This document shows, piece after piece, positions 20,299 through 34,264 of a stretch of 64,000 bases of DNA. This DNA is from Candidatus Marinacidobacterales bacterium (GTDB lineage Bacteria; Acidobacteriota; Vicinamibacteria; Marinacidobacterales; SMYC01). The notes under the pieces are model-generated. The model did not search any database, was not told the DNA's origin, and was given only the letters and a program-made list of their open reading frames with translations. Position 1 is the first letter of the stretch, and the number at the start of each line of letters is the position of its first letter. The DNA lies in NCBI GenBank assembly GCA_965224085.1, contig CBDCYI010000004.1:1344001-1408000 (forward strand). The letters run 5' to 3'. The position numbers were made by a program, and so were the translations under genes.

Positions 20299-20349
20299 TT
20301 CGGTTCCGATTTTGCCCTTCGCAGCATCATAACACGCTGCGAAACCGAC

Positions 20350-21459
20350 TCACTCGATGTCGATGAGCTCTTTGTCGAGAAGCCTCTTGAAAATTAGAAG
20401 AACATCTTGCTCGCCCATCGGGCAGATCTTCGTAATGAAATCCACGTCCCAATCTCCGTTGACACGCGAAAGAACGAAGCCTTCTTGCGGGTCCAGGTCG
20501 AGCGTGGAGAGCTTCGCGAGCGTGACTTTGAGGCGCGGCACGGCGTCGGTAGGGATCTCCGAGACCTTGTCCAAGTCGTCGAGGATGGCTTCAATCTTGA
20601 TCTTGAACAGCGTCGCATGTTTATTCTGCGGATCGAACTCGAGGGCGGCCTGAAACTTCTCGAGCGCCTTGTGGTAATCGCCGGCGTTGTACAAGCTCGC
20701 CCCCGTGTCGAGCTTCTCCCGAAGCTCCTTGACTTGATTGTCGAAATCGGTCTCGGCGGGCGAGTCTTTTACCGCCACCAGTGTGCGCTCGTGAAGCTCG
20801 AGAAGCCGCGAAGCGGCGTAGAACTCGACGGCGTGAAGCTCGAGTGAGATCTCCGCCATGTTCTTGCCGCGGTCGACGAGCTCGAGAACGCGCTGATCTT
20901 CTTCTGAGAGATCCGTCGCTTTGGCGACAGCGGCGTGGTCGGTCTCGAAGGTGGTGAGCCGGGACGGGAACACTTCGTGAATCCGACGCCACTCGTCGCT
21001 CCGGCGAGCACCTTCGAGGATGACTCCGGTGAGCTCCAGGGGCAGGAATACCGGGATGTTGTCCGGTAGCACGTCGTCGAATGTGAACTCGCCGTCCGAC
21101 CAGAGGAAGCAATCGTAAATGGCTTCTTCGGTCTTTATCTGTAGCAGCTCCTCGAGAACCTGCTCGGTGATCGCTTTCATGCTCAACAAGATCTGCCCAA
21201 GCGGACGGTCGCCGGAATCCTGCTCGATGAGCGCCTTGAAGAGCTCTTCCTCGGTGAGATGTCCCGCGCGGATCAAGAACTGACCGAGAGTTTCTCGAGG
21301 GCTGCTCGAAGTCGAGGAGAAAAGACGCCCCTGCTTGAAGAAAAGCTTTTTCTCGATCGGCCCTCGCCGCACGGTAATCGTGCCGGTCTTGAGATTGTTC
21401 CCGCACCATTGCAGCAGATCTCCGAGCACCATGGTGGCGAGAGATCCCGAAAGGCTCAT
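20350..21459 (-). CDS. DUF4388 domain protein with TPR
   Basis: MSLSGSLATMVLGDLLQW, LGQFLIRAG, WSDGEFTF, PQEGFVLSRV. Confidence 0.85.
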   Translation of the reverse strand: MSLSGSLATMVLGDLLQWCGNNLKTGTITVRRGPIEKKLFFKQGRLFSSTSSSPRETLGQFLIRAGHLTEEELFKALIEQDSGDRPLGQILLSMKAITEQVLEELLQIKTEEAIYDCFLWSDGEFTFDDVLPDNIPVFLPLELTGVILEGARRSDEWRRIHEVFPSRLTTFETDHAAVAKATDLSEEDQRVLELVDRGKNMAEISLELHAVEFYAASRLLELHERTLVAVKDSPAETDFDNQVKELREKLDTGASLYNAGDYHKALEKFQAALEFDPQNKHATLFKIKIEAILDDLDKVSEIPTDAVPRLKVTLAKLSTLDLDPQEGFVLSRVNGDWDVDFITKICPMGEQDVLLIFKRLLDKELIDIE

Positions 21460-21514
21460 TGAGTTGCGCTACCCCGGGAGGGCGCGGGCAAAGAGATCTC
21501 CGAACGGAGCCGGC

Positions 21515-22030
21515 TCACCCGGTCCAGGATAAGTAATCGCGCCAGCTGTTGGGGACTTCGTTCATGCCATAGGTGATGGCGTGAGCGGGAAGGTAAGAGG
21601 GCCTTCTCGGCCGGCGCACGAGCGTGAGCCCTGCCTCTCGAGGCGTTCTGCCACCTTTCGTGCGATTGCACTCGATACAGCAGGTGACGATGTTCTCCCA
21701 TACTTTGCGGCCGCCACGCGACACGGGTACTACGTGATCGAAGGTCAACTCCGAGGCTCTGAATTGCTTGGAGCAATACTGGCATCGATACTTGTCGCGA
21801 AGATAGATATTCGATCGAGAAAATGGGACCTGATGAAAACGCCGGGCCACTCTTACGCGCCGGACTAGCCTCAAGACGGATGGGAGCACGAGCGAGATAC
21901 GAACCCCGCGAATCCGTCGGTCATATGAGGCGATCACCTCGACCTTGCCCTTGACCAGCAGAACGATCGCTTTTTGCCAGGTAATGACTCTCAGCGGTTC
22001 GTAACTGGCATTGAGCAGCAAGCTACGCAT
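21515..22030 (-). CDS. HNH endonuclease (McrA/HNH_5-like)
   Basis: LLLNASYEPL; RDKYRCQYC, TFDHVVPVSRGG, WENIVTCCIECN. Confidence 0.92.
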   Translation of the reverse strand: MRSLLLNASYEPLRVITWQKAIVLLVKGKVEVIASYDRRIRGVRISLVLPSVLRLVRRVRVARRFHQVPFSRSNIYLRDKYRCQYCSKQFRASELTFDHVVPVSRGGRKVWENIVTCCIECNRTKGGRTPREAGLTLVRRPRRPSYLPAHAITYGMNEVPNSWRDYLSWTG

Positions 22031-22238
22031 CGGCGTGCGCACCCGTTTCCACTAGGCACAGGGAACCCGAGCATGCACCGCAGCGGTAGGATCTCGAGCT
22101 CCCCGGGATGCGTCCGAAACTAGCTTGCCTGGCTGGGATAACCTCCGCGAACGTTGGATTGAACCCGTAAAGTCAGATTTTGGTATATGTTCCGCCAAAG
22201 AACGTTGGTTTGTCAAACGCGTGGAGCAAAGGAGAAAC

Positions 22239-22688
22239 ATGCGCCTTCAAATAGCTGTTGTGGGGGCTTCGCAGCCGAGCCGGGACGCGGCGAACGAAGC
22301 CGAGGCGATCGGCGCGGCGATCGCGGAAGCGGGAGCGACCCTCGTTTGTGGAGGGCTTGGCGGGATAATGGAGGCGGCGGCGAAAGGGGCTCGCAAAAAA
22401 GGCGGACTCACCCTGGGTATTCTGCCGGGAAGCTCACGGCGCGACGCCAACCCTTACATCGATTGCGCTGTCACCACTGGACTCGGTGATTTCCGAAACT
22501 ATCTCGTCGTGGCCACGGCCGACGCAGTGGTGGCGATGCCCGGCCGCTACGGCACACTTTCGGAGATTGCGATGGCCTTGACGCTGGGCAAAACCGTCGT
22601 GGGACTGGGAAGTTGGGAGATCGAAGGTGTGCTCAAGGCCGCGAATCCGGAAGAGGCGGTACGGATGGCGCTCGGTCACAAATATTGA
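22239..22688 (+). CDS. LOG/TIGR00725-family Rossmann-fold nucleotide-binding protein
   Basis: LVCGGLGGIMEAA, PGRYGTLSE; GGAG RBS. Confidence 0.88.
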   Translation: MRLQIAVVGASQPSRDAANEAEAIGAAIAEAGATLVCGGLGGIMEAAAKGARKKGGLTLGILPGSSRRDANPYIDCAVTTGLGDFRNYLVVATADAVVAMPGRYGTLSEIAMALTLGKTVVGLGSWEIEGVLKAANPEEAVRMALGHKY

Positions 22689-23062
22689 CGGTAGAGGGGG
22701 TTCGATAGACAGTAGCTTTGGATCGCTCTCGCGATGACCCGCACGTCATCGATCTCGAGCGTCTGGAACGTTGCTCCGAAGCCCGGAGGGAGCCCGTGGA
22801 CGGGATGGGTTTGAACCTTTTGCACCCAGACGACGACGCTTTTGATCGCGAGCTCACGCTCGTTCCCAGGGACCCGAAACGCGACCTCGAGCTCATCGCC
22901 GACGTCGGGCAGTTCTTTCGTCGCGATGTAGACCCCTTTCAACGACAGATCCAAGAGCATGGCACGGCCCTCGGGCATGGCGCTGCCCTCGCCGAGCGCA
23001 CCCCGGACTGTGCAGCGACGGACGAGCGGAATACGCAGCGTAGGTGGAGGCGTCGTTTTCAC
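22676..23062 (-). CDS. PilZ-domain protein
   Basis: RIP...DLSLKGVYIAT...GFGATF. Confidence 0.75.
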   Translation of the reverse strand: MKTTPPPTLRIPLVRRCTVRGALGEGSAMPEGRAMLLDLSLKGVYIATKELPDVGDELEVAFRVPGNERELAIKSVVVWVQKVQTHPVHGLPPGFGATFQTLEIDDVRVIARAIQSYCLSNPLYRQYL

Positions 23063-23139
23063 AGCGTTGTTCGAAGAGAGTTCTCAGGTTACCGTCCGAG
23101 AGAGGGCGTGTCAACGCAGTGTTACGATAGCGGCCGACG

Positions 23140-25968
23140 ATGAGTGCGAAGCCGGCAACCGATCTCCCCGAGCTAGAGGCGGGCGTTGTGCGGGAAGTCG
23201 ACCTCCTACTGCGTGAGCTCAAAGGTGCGCGGGCAACGCTCCGCGTGACGCCCGAATCGCTGCTAGAAAAAGAGCTGGGACTCGGAAGTCTCGAGCGCGT
23301 CGAGCTTTTGTCACGTCTCGAAAAGCTTTTCCGCGCCAAGGTCTCCGCGAGCGCTCTCAGCGAGGCGCTTACGCCGAGAGAGGTTGCCGAAGCCTTCATT
23401 CACGGCGAAGCGGAGCCGAGCTTCGAGCGCGAAGCAGTTACTTACCGGCCGAGCCGACACGCACCGCCAGAGCAAGCGCACACGCTCGGTGAAGTCCTGG
23501 TGACGCGGGCCCGGGGCGAGCCCGACGCGGTACACGTGTTCATGAAGGAAGACGGTAAACCGGAGTCGACGCTGACGCTCGGCGATCTCTACAGCGAAGC
23601 GCTCACAATTGCCGGTGGGCTCTCTGCTTCCGGGATCGGGCGGGACGACAAAGTCGCGCTCATGCTCCCGACGAGTCGGGATTTCTTGACGAGCTTCATG
23701 GGCGTCCTCCTTGCAGGCGCGGTGCCCGTGCCCCTCTATCCGCCTTTCAGCATGGCAGGGCTTCAAGAATATGCGCGGCGTCAAGCCGGGATTGTCGCGA
23801 ACGCGGAGGTGCTTTTATTCATCACGCTCGAGCGCGGCCTCGCCGTGGGCGACATCCTCAAGACGCGTGCGCGCTCGCTTCGTGATGTCGTGACGACATC
23901 GGAGCTCGTGGCGCGGTCGCGGCCTGTTGCGCCCGCGATCGTCGATGGCGATGCGACGGCACTCATTCAATACACGTCAGGTAGTACCGGCGACCCGAAA
24001 GGCGTCGCGCTGACGCATGCGAACTTGCTCGCCAACATTCGGGTCATCGGCGCGACCCTCGAGATCCAGCCGAGCGACGTGGGTGTGAGCTGGCTTCCGC
24101 TCTACCACGACATGGGGCTGATTGGCGCGTGGCTCACGCCGCTCTATTTCGGGATACCGGTCTCCATCTTCTCCCCACTCGCCTTTCTCGCGCGGCCGGA
24201 GCGGTGGCTCTGGACTATCCACGCGCGCCGCGCGACGATCTCGCCCGCCCCGAACTTTGCCTACGAGCGATGCGTACGCAAGATCGCGCAGGAGGATCTC
24301 GAAGGTCTGGACTTGAGCTCGTGGCGCGTGGCGTTGAACGGTGCGGAGCCGATCGCCCCTGAAACCCTCGAAGGTTTTCAGCGAAAGCTCGCGCCCCACG
24401 GGTTTCGCAAAGAAAGTCTCCTGCCGGTTTATGGACTCGCCGAGTCTTCACTATTGCTTTCGTCGTCCAAGCCAGGCACCGCTCCGCGCATCCGGTCCTT
24501 CGCGCGGGAGCGGCTCGAGAGCGAGGGGACGGCGTCGCCTGCGCGAGCGGCAGACGCATCCGCCCTTCGTCTCGTGAGCGTCGGCAGAGTGATCCCGCGA
24601 CATGAGATTCGCATTGTCGACGAGGGTGGGCGTGACGTTCCGCAGGGACGCGAGGGCTCCCTCATCTTTCGCGGACCCTCCGTGATGAAAGAGTATTACA
24701 AGAAGGAAGACGCCACCGATGCCATCCGCCGCAGCGGCGGCTATCTCGATTCGGGCGATCGGGCGTTCGAGCTCGACGGCGAGCTTTTCATCACCGGCCG
24801 CTCCAAAGACATCATCATCCGCGCCGGCCGTAACTTGATGCCGCAAGAGATCGAAAAGGAAATCGCCGAGGTCAACGGGGTGCGGCGCGGTTGCATTGCC
24901 GCCTTCGGTGTCTCGGATCCTGCAACCGGGACGGAGAAATTGGTCGTCGTCGCGGAAAGCCGCGAGAACGACGCCGGCGCGCGCGCGCGCATCGGACGAG
25001 AGATCGAATCGAGACTCCTCGAGCGCATCGGCGTCCCGCCCGACGATGTTCGGCTCGTGCCGCCAAAGAGCATCCCAAAAACGTCGAGCGGGAAGCTCCG
25101 GCGCTCCGCGTGTCGCGAGCAATATCTTCGCGCCGAGTTGGCTTCTGCCAGGAACAGCTCGTCGACGTTTTGGGCGAGAGCCGTTTGGATTTCTGGCAAG
25201 GCTCGGGTGGGAAGAGAGCTCGGGCGACTCGCGCGTGCGCTGTTCGGAAGCTATGTGTGGGTTTTGACCGCGTTGTTCGTGCTACTCGGTTGGACTCTAA
25301 CCTGGCTCATCCCGACGCGTCGTCTCTTCGCTCGATTCGTTCGCTATGCCGCTCGCGTCTACTTGTTGCTCTCCGACATCCGCCTCGAAGTCGAAGGAAC
25401 AGAGCACTTGAGCGGGGCAGGAGGTCCCTTCGTCTTCGTGGCGAACCATGCGAGCTATCTCGATCCCATACCTGTGATGGCGAGTTTGCCAAACGACTAC
25501 GCTTTCGTCGTCAAGAGCGAGGCCGCGTCTTGGCCGTTGTTCGGAACGTTCATCCAGAAGCTGGGCCATCTTCCCGTGAAGCGCACGCTCGCGGATGAAA
25601 GTGCCAAGAGCACCGATGAGATGCGCGCGCTTCTCGACGCGGGTCGCTCGGTCGTGCTCTTTCCCGAAGGAACGTTCAGCTACGCGACCGGCGTCCGTCC
25701 TTTCAAGCTCGGCGCGTTCAAGCTCGCGGCGGAGAGCGGCCGCTCTCTCGTCCCGATAGCACTTCTCGGCACCCGTCGCTGGTTGCGCGACGGCACGTGG
25801 ATCCCGCGGCCGGGCCGTGTCAAAGTCTTGATTGGCGAGCCGAGGCCGATCGCCGACCCGTCCTTCGAGAGCATCGTGCGAATCAAGGAAGAGACGGCGG
25901 AAATCATCGCGGCAGCGGTAGGCGAGCCGCGGCTTGATATCGTCTCTGCCGGCCCGCTCAACCCCTGA
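23140..25968 (+). CDS. ACP + fatty acyl-AMP ligase + PlsC-type acyltransferase fusion
   Basis: LGLGSLERVEL (ACP), QYTSGSTGDPKG, WLPLYHDMGLIG, KTSSGK, NHASYLD, FPEGT. Confidence 0.9.
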   Translation: MSAKPATDLPELEAGVVREVDLLLRELKGARATLRVTPESLLEKELGLGSLERVELLSRLEKLFRAKVSASALSEALTPREVAEAFIHGEAEPSFEREAVTYRPSRHAPPEQAHTLGEVLVTRARGEPDAVHVFMKEDGKPESTLTLGDLYSEALTIAGGLSASGIGRDDKVALMLPTSRDFLTSFMGVLLAGAVPVPLYPPFSMAGLQEYARRQAGIVANAEVLLFITLERGLAVGDILKTRARSLRDVVTTSELVARSRPVAPAIVDGDATALIQYTSGSTGDPKGVALTHANLLANIRVIGATLEIQPSDVGVSWLPLYHDMGLIGAWLTPLYFGIPVSIFSPLAFLARPERWLWTIHARRATISPAPNFAYERCVRKIAQEDLEGLDLSSWRVALNGAEPIAPETLEGFQRKLAPHGFRKESLLPVYGLAESSLLLSSSKPGTAPRIRSFARERLESEGTASPARAADASALRLVSVGRVIPRHEIRIVDEGGRDVPQGREGSLIFRGPSVMKEYYKKEDATDAIRRSGGYLDSGDRAFELDGELFITGRSKDIIIRAGRNLMPQEIEKEIAEVNGVRRGCIAAFGVSDPATGTEKLVVVAESRENDAGARARIGREIESRLLERIGVPPDDVRLVPPKSIPKTSSGKLRRSACREQYLRAELASARNSSSTFWARAVWISGKARVGRELGRLARALFGSYVWVLTALFVLLGWTLTWLIPTRRLFARFVRYAARVYLLLSDIRLEVEGTEHLSGAGGPFVFVANHASYLDPIPVMASLPNDYAFVVKSEAASWPLFGTFIQKLGHLPVKRTLADESAKSTDEMRALLDAGRSVVLFPEGTFSYATGVRPFKLGAFKLAAESGRSLVPIALLGTRRWLRDGTWIPRPGRVKVLIGEPRPIADPSFESIVRIKEETAEIIAAAVGEPRLDIVSAGPLNP

Positions 25969-26140
25969 CGCCAGACCGGGACCCGAAGGGCTTCATCGTC
26001 AACGCCGGGAGGGCGGCGGCGGAGAGTCTTCCCAACCCGCTTTTGATCGAACGCGCTCCTTGATCGTCTTGTAACCTCCTGACGCGTCCCGCCCCTTGGT
26101 CCTCTGCTGGAATTGCTAGACTGGCGTCCTGGAGGTAAGC

Positions 26141-27940
26141 ATGTTTCGCTACTTGGTGTTGTTTGTCGTCTCGTCGGCGGCGTCGGCGGCGCCGCTGGCG
26201 CGCGCTCAGCCGACCAGCAATGCGGCCGAGGCGGCCGCGTTTATCGAGCGTGCCGAAAAAGAGCTCCTCGCTGCTTGGAAGGATTCGGCGCGGGCGAGCT
26301 GGGTGCAGTCCACCTACATCACCGAGGACACACAGATCTTGGCGTCTAAGGCGAACGAGAAGGCCACCGCCCTCGCGGTACAGCTCGCACAGGAAGCAGC
26401 GCGGTTCCAGGGCCTTGAGCTGTCGGCCGATTTGAGTCGAAAGCTCCTTCTGCTTCGACTCGCTTTGACCGTCCCCGCGCCGTCGAACCCGGAAGAGACG
26501 AGCGAGCTCGCGCGTATCGAAACGTCTTTGGAGAGCACCTACGGCGCCGGCAAATACTGCCCCGACCAGGGCGAGTGCTGGGACCTTCAGAAGTTGAGCG
26601 GCATGCTCGGGGAGAGCCGCGACTCGGATCACCTACTCGAGGTTTGGCGAGGGTGGCGCACGGTCTCGGCGCCCATGCGTAAGGAATTCACGCGTTATGT
26701 CGAGCTCGGAAACAAAGGCGCGCGTGAACTCGGCTTCACTGATCTCGGCGCAATGTGGCGCTCCAAATACGATATGCCGGCGGACGCGTTTGCGGCGGAG
26801 CTCGACCGCTTATGGGAGCAAGTGCGGCCGCTCTACCTGGCGCTTCACGCCTATGTGCGCACGCGTCTTCGCGAGACTTACGGCACGGAGCTCGTTCCCG
26901 ACAACGGTCACATCCCTGCACATCTGCTCGGGAACATGTGGGCCCAGTCGTGGAGCAACGTCTATGACCTCGTGGCGCCTTCTGACGCGGACCCGGGATA
27001 CGACCTCACCGAACGGCTGGTCGGAGAAAGACTCGACGAGCTCGAGATGGTGCGCTACGGCGAGCGGTTCTTTCTCTCGCTCGGCTTCGAGCCTCTGCCC
27101 GAGACGTTTTGGACGCGCTCGCTCTTCGTTCAACCGCGTGACCGCGACGTCGTGTGCCACGCTAGCGCGTGGGATCTCGATGCTGCCGAAGACGTTCGGA
27201 TCAAGATGTGTATCAATATTAATGCCGAGGACTTCACGACGATCCACCACGAGCTCGGGCATAATTTCTACCAGCGCGCGTATAAAGACCTGTCGCCTCT
27301 CTATCGTGACAGCGCCAATGACGGCTTTCACGAAGCCATCGGCGATACGCTCGCGCTCTCGATTACCCCGGCTTATTTGAAGGAGCTCGGGCTCATCGAT
27401 GAAGAGCCGGACATGTCGAAGGACATTGGCCTGCTCCTTGCGATGGCGCTCGATAAGGTCGCCTTTTTGCCGTTCGGGCTGCTCGTCGATCAATGGCGCT
27501 GGCAAGTCTTTTCCGGAGAGGTGCCGCCGGAGCGTTACAACCAGGCGTGGTGGGAGCTGCGCGAAAAATATCAAGGCGTCGCCGCTCCCGTGGCGCGGAG
27601 CGAGGCGAATTTCGATCCCGGCGCTAAATATCACGTGCCCGCAAGTGTTCCCTATTCGCGCTACTTCATTGCTCGCATCCTGCAGTTCCAGTTCCACCGC
27701 GCGCTCTGCAGCGTCGCGGGCTACGAAGGCCCGCTCAATCGCTGCACGATCTACGGCAACGAGGAAGCGGGCGCGCGCCTGAACGCGATGCTCGAAATGG
27801 GCTTGTCCCGTCCGTGGCCGGAAGCGCTCGAGGCGATGACCGGAGAGTCGGAGATGGACGCGACCGCCATCCTCGACTTTTTTGCCCCCTTGAAGGCCTG
27901 GCTCGACGAGCAGAATGAAGGGCATCCCATAGGGTGGTAA
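26141..27940 (+). CDS. M2 family metallopeptidase (ACE-like peptidyl-dipeptidase)
   Basis: Signal peptide; PAHLLGNMW, HHELGH, GFHEAIGD, FDPGAKYH. Confidence 0.95.
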   Translation: MFRYLVLFVVSSAASAAPLARAQPTSNAAEAAAFIERAEKELLAAWKDSARASWVQSTYITEDTQILASKANEKATALAVQLAQEAARFQGLELSADLSRKLLLLRLALTVPAPSNPEETSELARIETSLESTYGAGKYCPDQGECWDLQKLSGMLGESRDSDHLLEVWRGWRTVSAPMRKEFTRYVELGNKGARELGFTDLGAMWRSKYDMPADAFAAELDRLWEQVRPLYLALHAYVRTRLRETYGTELVPDNGHIPAHLLGNMWAQSWSNVYDLVAPSDADPGYDLTERLVGERLDELEMVRYGERFFLSLGFEPLPETFWTRSLFVQPRDRDVVCHASAWDLDAAEDVRIKMCININAEDFTTIHHELGHNFYQRAYKDLSPLYRDSANDGFHEAIGDTLALSITPAYLKELGLIDEEPDMSKDIGLLLAMALDKVAFLPFGLLVDQWRWQVFSGEVPPERYNQAWWELREKYQGVAAPVARSEANFDPGAKYHVPASVPYSRYFIARILQFQFHRALCSVAGYEGPLNRCTIYGNEEAGARLNAMLEMGLSRPWPEALEAMTGESEMDATAILDFFAPLKAWLDEQNEGHPIGW

Positions 27941-27977
27941 ACTAACCTCTCGTCGATTACAGAGCTCTCGAAGCCCC

Positions 27978-28763
27978 TTGTTCAAGAATCTCTTAACGCT
28001 CGTCCGCTATCGCGTGCTCATCCAGAGCCTCGTCGTTCGGGAGCTGAGAGCGCGCTATCGGGGCTCGGTGCTCGGCTTTTTGTGGTCGTTCATCAACCCC
28101 CTGCTGCAGCTCGGGATTTACTGGTTCGTTTTCAGCTACATCATGCCCACTCGGGGCTCGATGGGGATGACTCCCTACGCACTCTTCTTGTTCACGGGGA
28201 TTCTTCCGTGGACGTGGTTCGGTTCTTCCGTGATGGAGTCCTCGGCCATCCTGATATCGAGCGGCAACCTCATCAAGAAGATTCTTTTTCCCGCCGAGGT
28301 GCTCCCCATCGTTGTCGTTCTCAGCAACCTCGTGCACTTCTTCCTCGGACTCCCGATCCTTTTCGGCTTTCTTATCTATTACGGAAAGGTCCAGACGACC
28401 CTCGTCTATCTGCCCGGGGTTATCCTCTTGCAGCTGTTTCTCACCTTGGGGATCTGCTTTTTCGTATCCGCACTCGCGGTCCATTTCCGCGACGTCCAGA
28501 ACATCATCGGGAACTTCATGATGCTGTGGTTCTTCGCGAGCCCCGTGATCTATTCCTATCTGACCATCTCGCCGTCGATTCAGCGTTATCTCAACTACAA
28601 CCCGATGACTCACATCCTCGTCGGCTACCACCAGACCCTCTTCACCGGGGAGATGGGTCACAGGCCGTGGCTCTTAATGATGATTCCTGCATCCTTGGTC
28701 ACGTTCCTCGTGGGTTACTATTTCTTTGACCGCCTGCGTGAGACTTTCGCGGAAGAAGTGTAA
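27978..28763 (+). CDS. wzm: Polysaccharide ABC exporter permease
   Basis: RYRGSVLGFLWSFINP, NLIKKILFP, NPMT; 6 TM. Confidence 0.9.
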   Translation: MFKNLLTLVRYRVLIQSLVVRELRARYRGSVLGFLWSFINPLLQLGIYWFVFSYIMPTRGSMGMTPYALFLFTGILPWTWFGSSVMESSAILISSGNLIKKILFPAEVLPIVVVLSNLVHFFLGLPILFGFLIYYGKVQTTLVYLPGVILLQLFLTLGICFFVSALAVHFRDVQNIIGNFMMLWFFASPVIYSYLTISPSIQRYLNYNPMTHILVGYHQTLFTGEMGHRPWLLMMIPASLVTFLVGYYFFDRLRETFAEEV

Positions 28764-30097
28764 TGGGCATAGCGATTCGAGTTTCCGACGTGACCAAGGT
28801 ATACCAGCGCTATAGCCAGCGGAAGCAATTCCGTACTCTCAAGAGCGCGCTTCTCGGCGGAAGCTTGCTCGCTGAGCTTCGACCCGACGAGCGCTTCGAA
28901 GCTCTGAACGACATCACGTTCAACGTGCGCGAAGGGACTACGTTTGCCGTCATCGGAAGAAACGGCTCGGGGAAAAGCACGCTTCTCAAATGTATCGCGG
29001 GCATCTCGAAGCCGAGTGCGGGCACGGTGACCGTCAACGGCCGTATCTCGGCGCTCATCGAGCTCGGCGCTGGTTTTCACCCCGAGATCACGGGGCGCGA
29101 GAACATCTTCATCAACGGCATCATGCTCGGCCTGTCTAAGAAAGAAATCCACGATCGCTTCGACGACATCGTGGCCTTCGCTGAGCTCGAGGATCTCATC
29201 GACGCGCCCGTCAAGACTTATTCGTCGGGCATGTATATGCGGCTCGGTTTTGCCGTCGCGATCCATGTCGACCCCGATGTATTGCTCATCGATGAAGTGC
29301 TCGCCGTGGGTGACGAAGGCTTCGTCCATAAATGCCTCGACAAGATCGCGGAGTTTCGCCGCAGCAACAAAACCATCATCCTCGTCACCCACAGCCTCGG
29401 CTTGGTCGAAAAGATGGCGGATGAGGCGCTTTGGATCGACAATGCGCGCGTGCAACTGCGTGGTGACCCGAAGAAAGTGGTCGATGCTTATCTCGCTCGA
29501 GTCACCCACCACGAAGAACAAGCCCTCGTCGCGGCGGAAGAGAAAGCCGTCACCGATTTCGAAGCACCCGAATCCGCGACCGAGCACGAGGAGCGGGAGA
29601 GCGAAATCGAACCGACATCGCCTTTCGCGCGCAAAAAAGGTCGCTGGGGATCGCGAGAGGTCGAGGTTCAGGACGTGACGCTCCATGGCGCAGAAGGGAG
29701 CGCCAAGCACGTCTTCACGACCGGCGAGCCAGTGACCGTCCGTCTAAAAGTCAAGAGCACGGGGACGATTGATGATTTCGCCTTTGGTGTCGCGATCTTC
29801 AACGCGGACGGGATGTGCTGCTATGGAACGAACACCCATCTCGAACAGTTCACACCGGTGAAGTTTTTCGGCGAAGGCGAAGTACGCTTCGTCATCCCGA
29901 ACCTTCGCCTCGTCGAAGGGACCTACTTCCTCGACGTCGCGGCGCATCAGCGCGACGGCTACCCGTTCGACTATCACCGGGCGCTCCATCAGTTTCGGGT
30001 GCAGTCGAAAATCAAGGATGTGGGCATCTATCGTCCGACGCACACGTGGGAGTTCTCGCCCAATATCTTCCTGAAGCCGCCGAAATCGACGTCATGA
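28763..30097 (+). CDS. wzt: Polysaccharide ABC exporter ATPase with C-terminal carbohydrate-binding domain
   Basis: GRNGSGKST, YSSGMYMRLGF, DEVLAVGD. Confidence 0.92.
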   Translation: MGIAIRVSDVTKVYQRYSQRKQFRTLKSALLGGSLLAELRPDERFEALNDITFNVREGTTFAVIGRNGSGKSTLLKCIAGISKPSAGTVTVNGRISALIELGAGFHPEITGRENIFINGIMLGLSKKEIHDRFDDIVAFAELEDLIDAPVKTYSSGMYMRLGFAVAIHVDPDVLLIDEVLAVGDEGFVHKCLDKIAEFRRSNKTIILVTHSLGLVEKMADEALWIDNARVQLRGDPKKVVDAYLARVTHHEEQALVAAEEKAVTDFEAPESATEHEERESEIEPTSPFARKKGRWGSREVEVQDVTLHGAEGSAKHVFTTGEPVTVRLKVKSTGTIDDFAFGVAIFNADGMCCYGTNTHLEQFTPVKFFGEGEVRFVIPNLRLVEGTYFLDVAAHQRDGYPFDYHRALHQFRVQSKIKDVGIYRPTHTWEFSPNIFLKPPKSTS

Positions 30098-30581
30098 GCC
30101 GGGCGAAGATCTTCAGTCGAGCGAAGATGCTCGCTGAGCGAGAGAGATTGCGCGCCGCAGGCGAGACCCTCGTTTTTACCAATGGCTGCTTCGACATCCT
30201 CCACCCGGGCCACATGCGCTATTTGAGCGAGGCGCGCCAGCAAGGCGACCGTCTCGTCGTGGCCGTCAATGAAGACGCGACCGTCACGAAGCTCAAAGGC
30301 GAAGCGCGGCCGCTCGCACCGCTCGACGAGCGCATGGAAGTCTTGGCGGCGCTCGCCACCGTCGACTACGTCGTACCGTTCGAAGAAGAAACGCCCGCGG
30401 CGATCATCGAGGCGATCGTTCCTGATATCCTCGTCAAGGGCGGCGATTGGGCTCACGATAAAATCGTCGGCCGCGAGACCGTCGAAGCGGCGGGCGGACG
30501 CGTGCTCTCGCTGCCTTTCGCTCCGGGATTCTCGACCACCGAGTTGATCGAGCGTGTCGTCAGCCGTCTTGGCAGGAAGGC

Positions 30582-30585
<4 letters not shown>
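30094..30585 (+). CDS. rfaE2: D-glycero-beta-D-manno-heptose 1-phosphate adenylyltransferase
   Basis: VFTNGCFDILHPGH, PDILVKGGDW, STTELIER. Confidence 0.92.
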
Positions 30586-33983
<3,398 letters not shown>

Positions 33984-34264
33984 CCAATTCTACCTCCGCA
34001 CTCTCGATCGGCTTGAGCCAGTGTTCCGATGCCCCTCAGCGAAACGTCGGGTTGGAACAAAAACCCCTTCTTCTCGCCGACGGACGGTGGGTAGGTTCTT
34101 GTTGGAGGGCAAGCTGAACAAGCTGGACGCACCTTATCTTGCCGGCCTACGATGGTTCCGAGGTCGCTTTTTCGTCCATCTCAAAGGTTCGGAAAACGGG
34201 ACCCGGAGTTTCGGTTCCTGAAAAATGACTTCTAATTTGAATATTGCAGAAACAATCGCGGTAA

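Noticed and set aside
21515-22215. HNH plus upstream RNA as IscB/HEARO, or a 6S RNA
   Set aside because: The protein is a small HNH with no PLMP or RuvC motifs; the leader lacks convincing 6S or omega-RNA features
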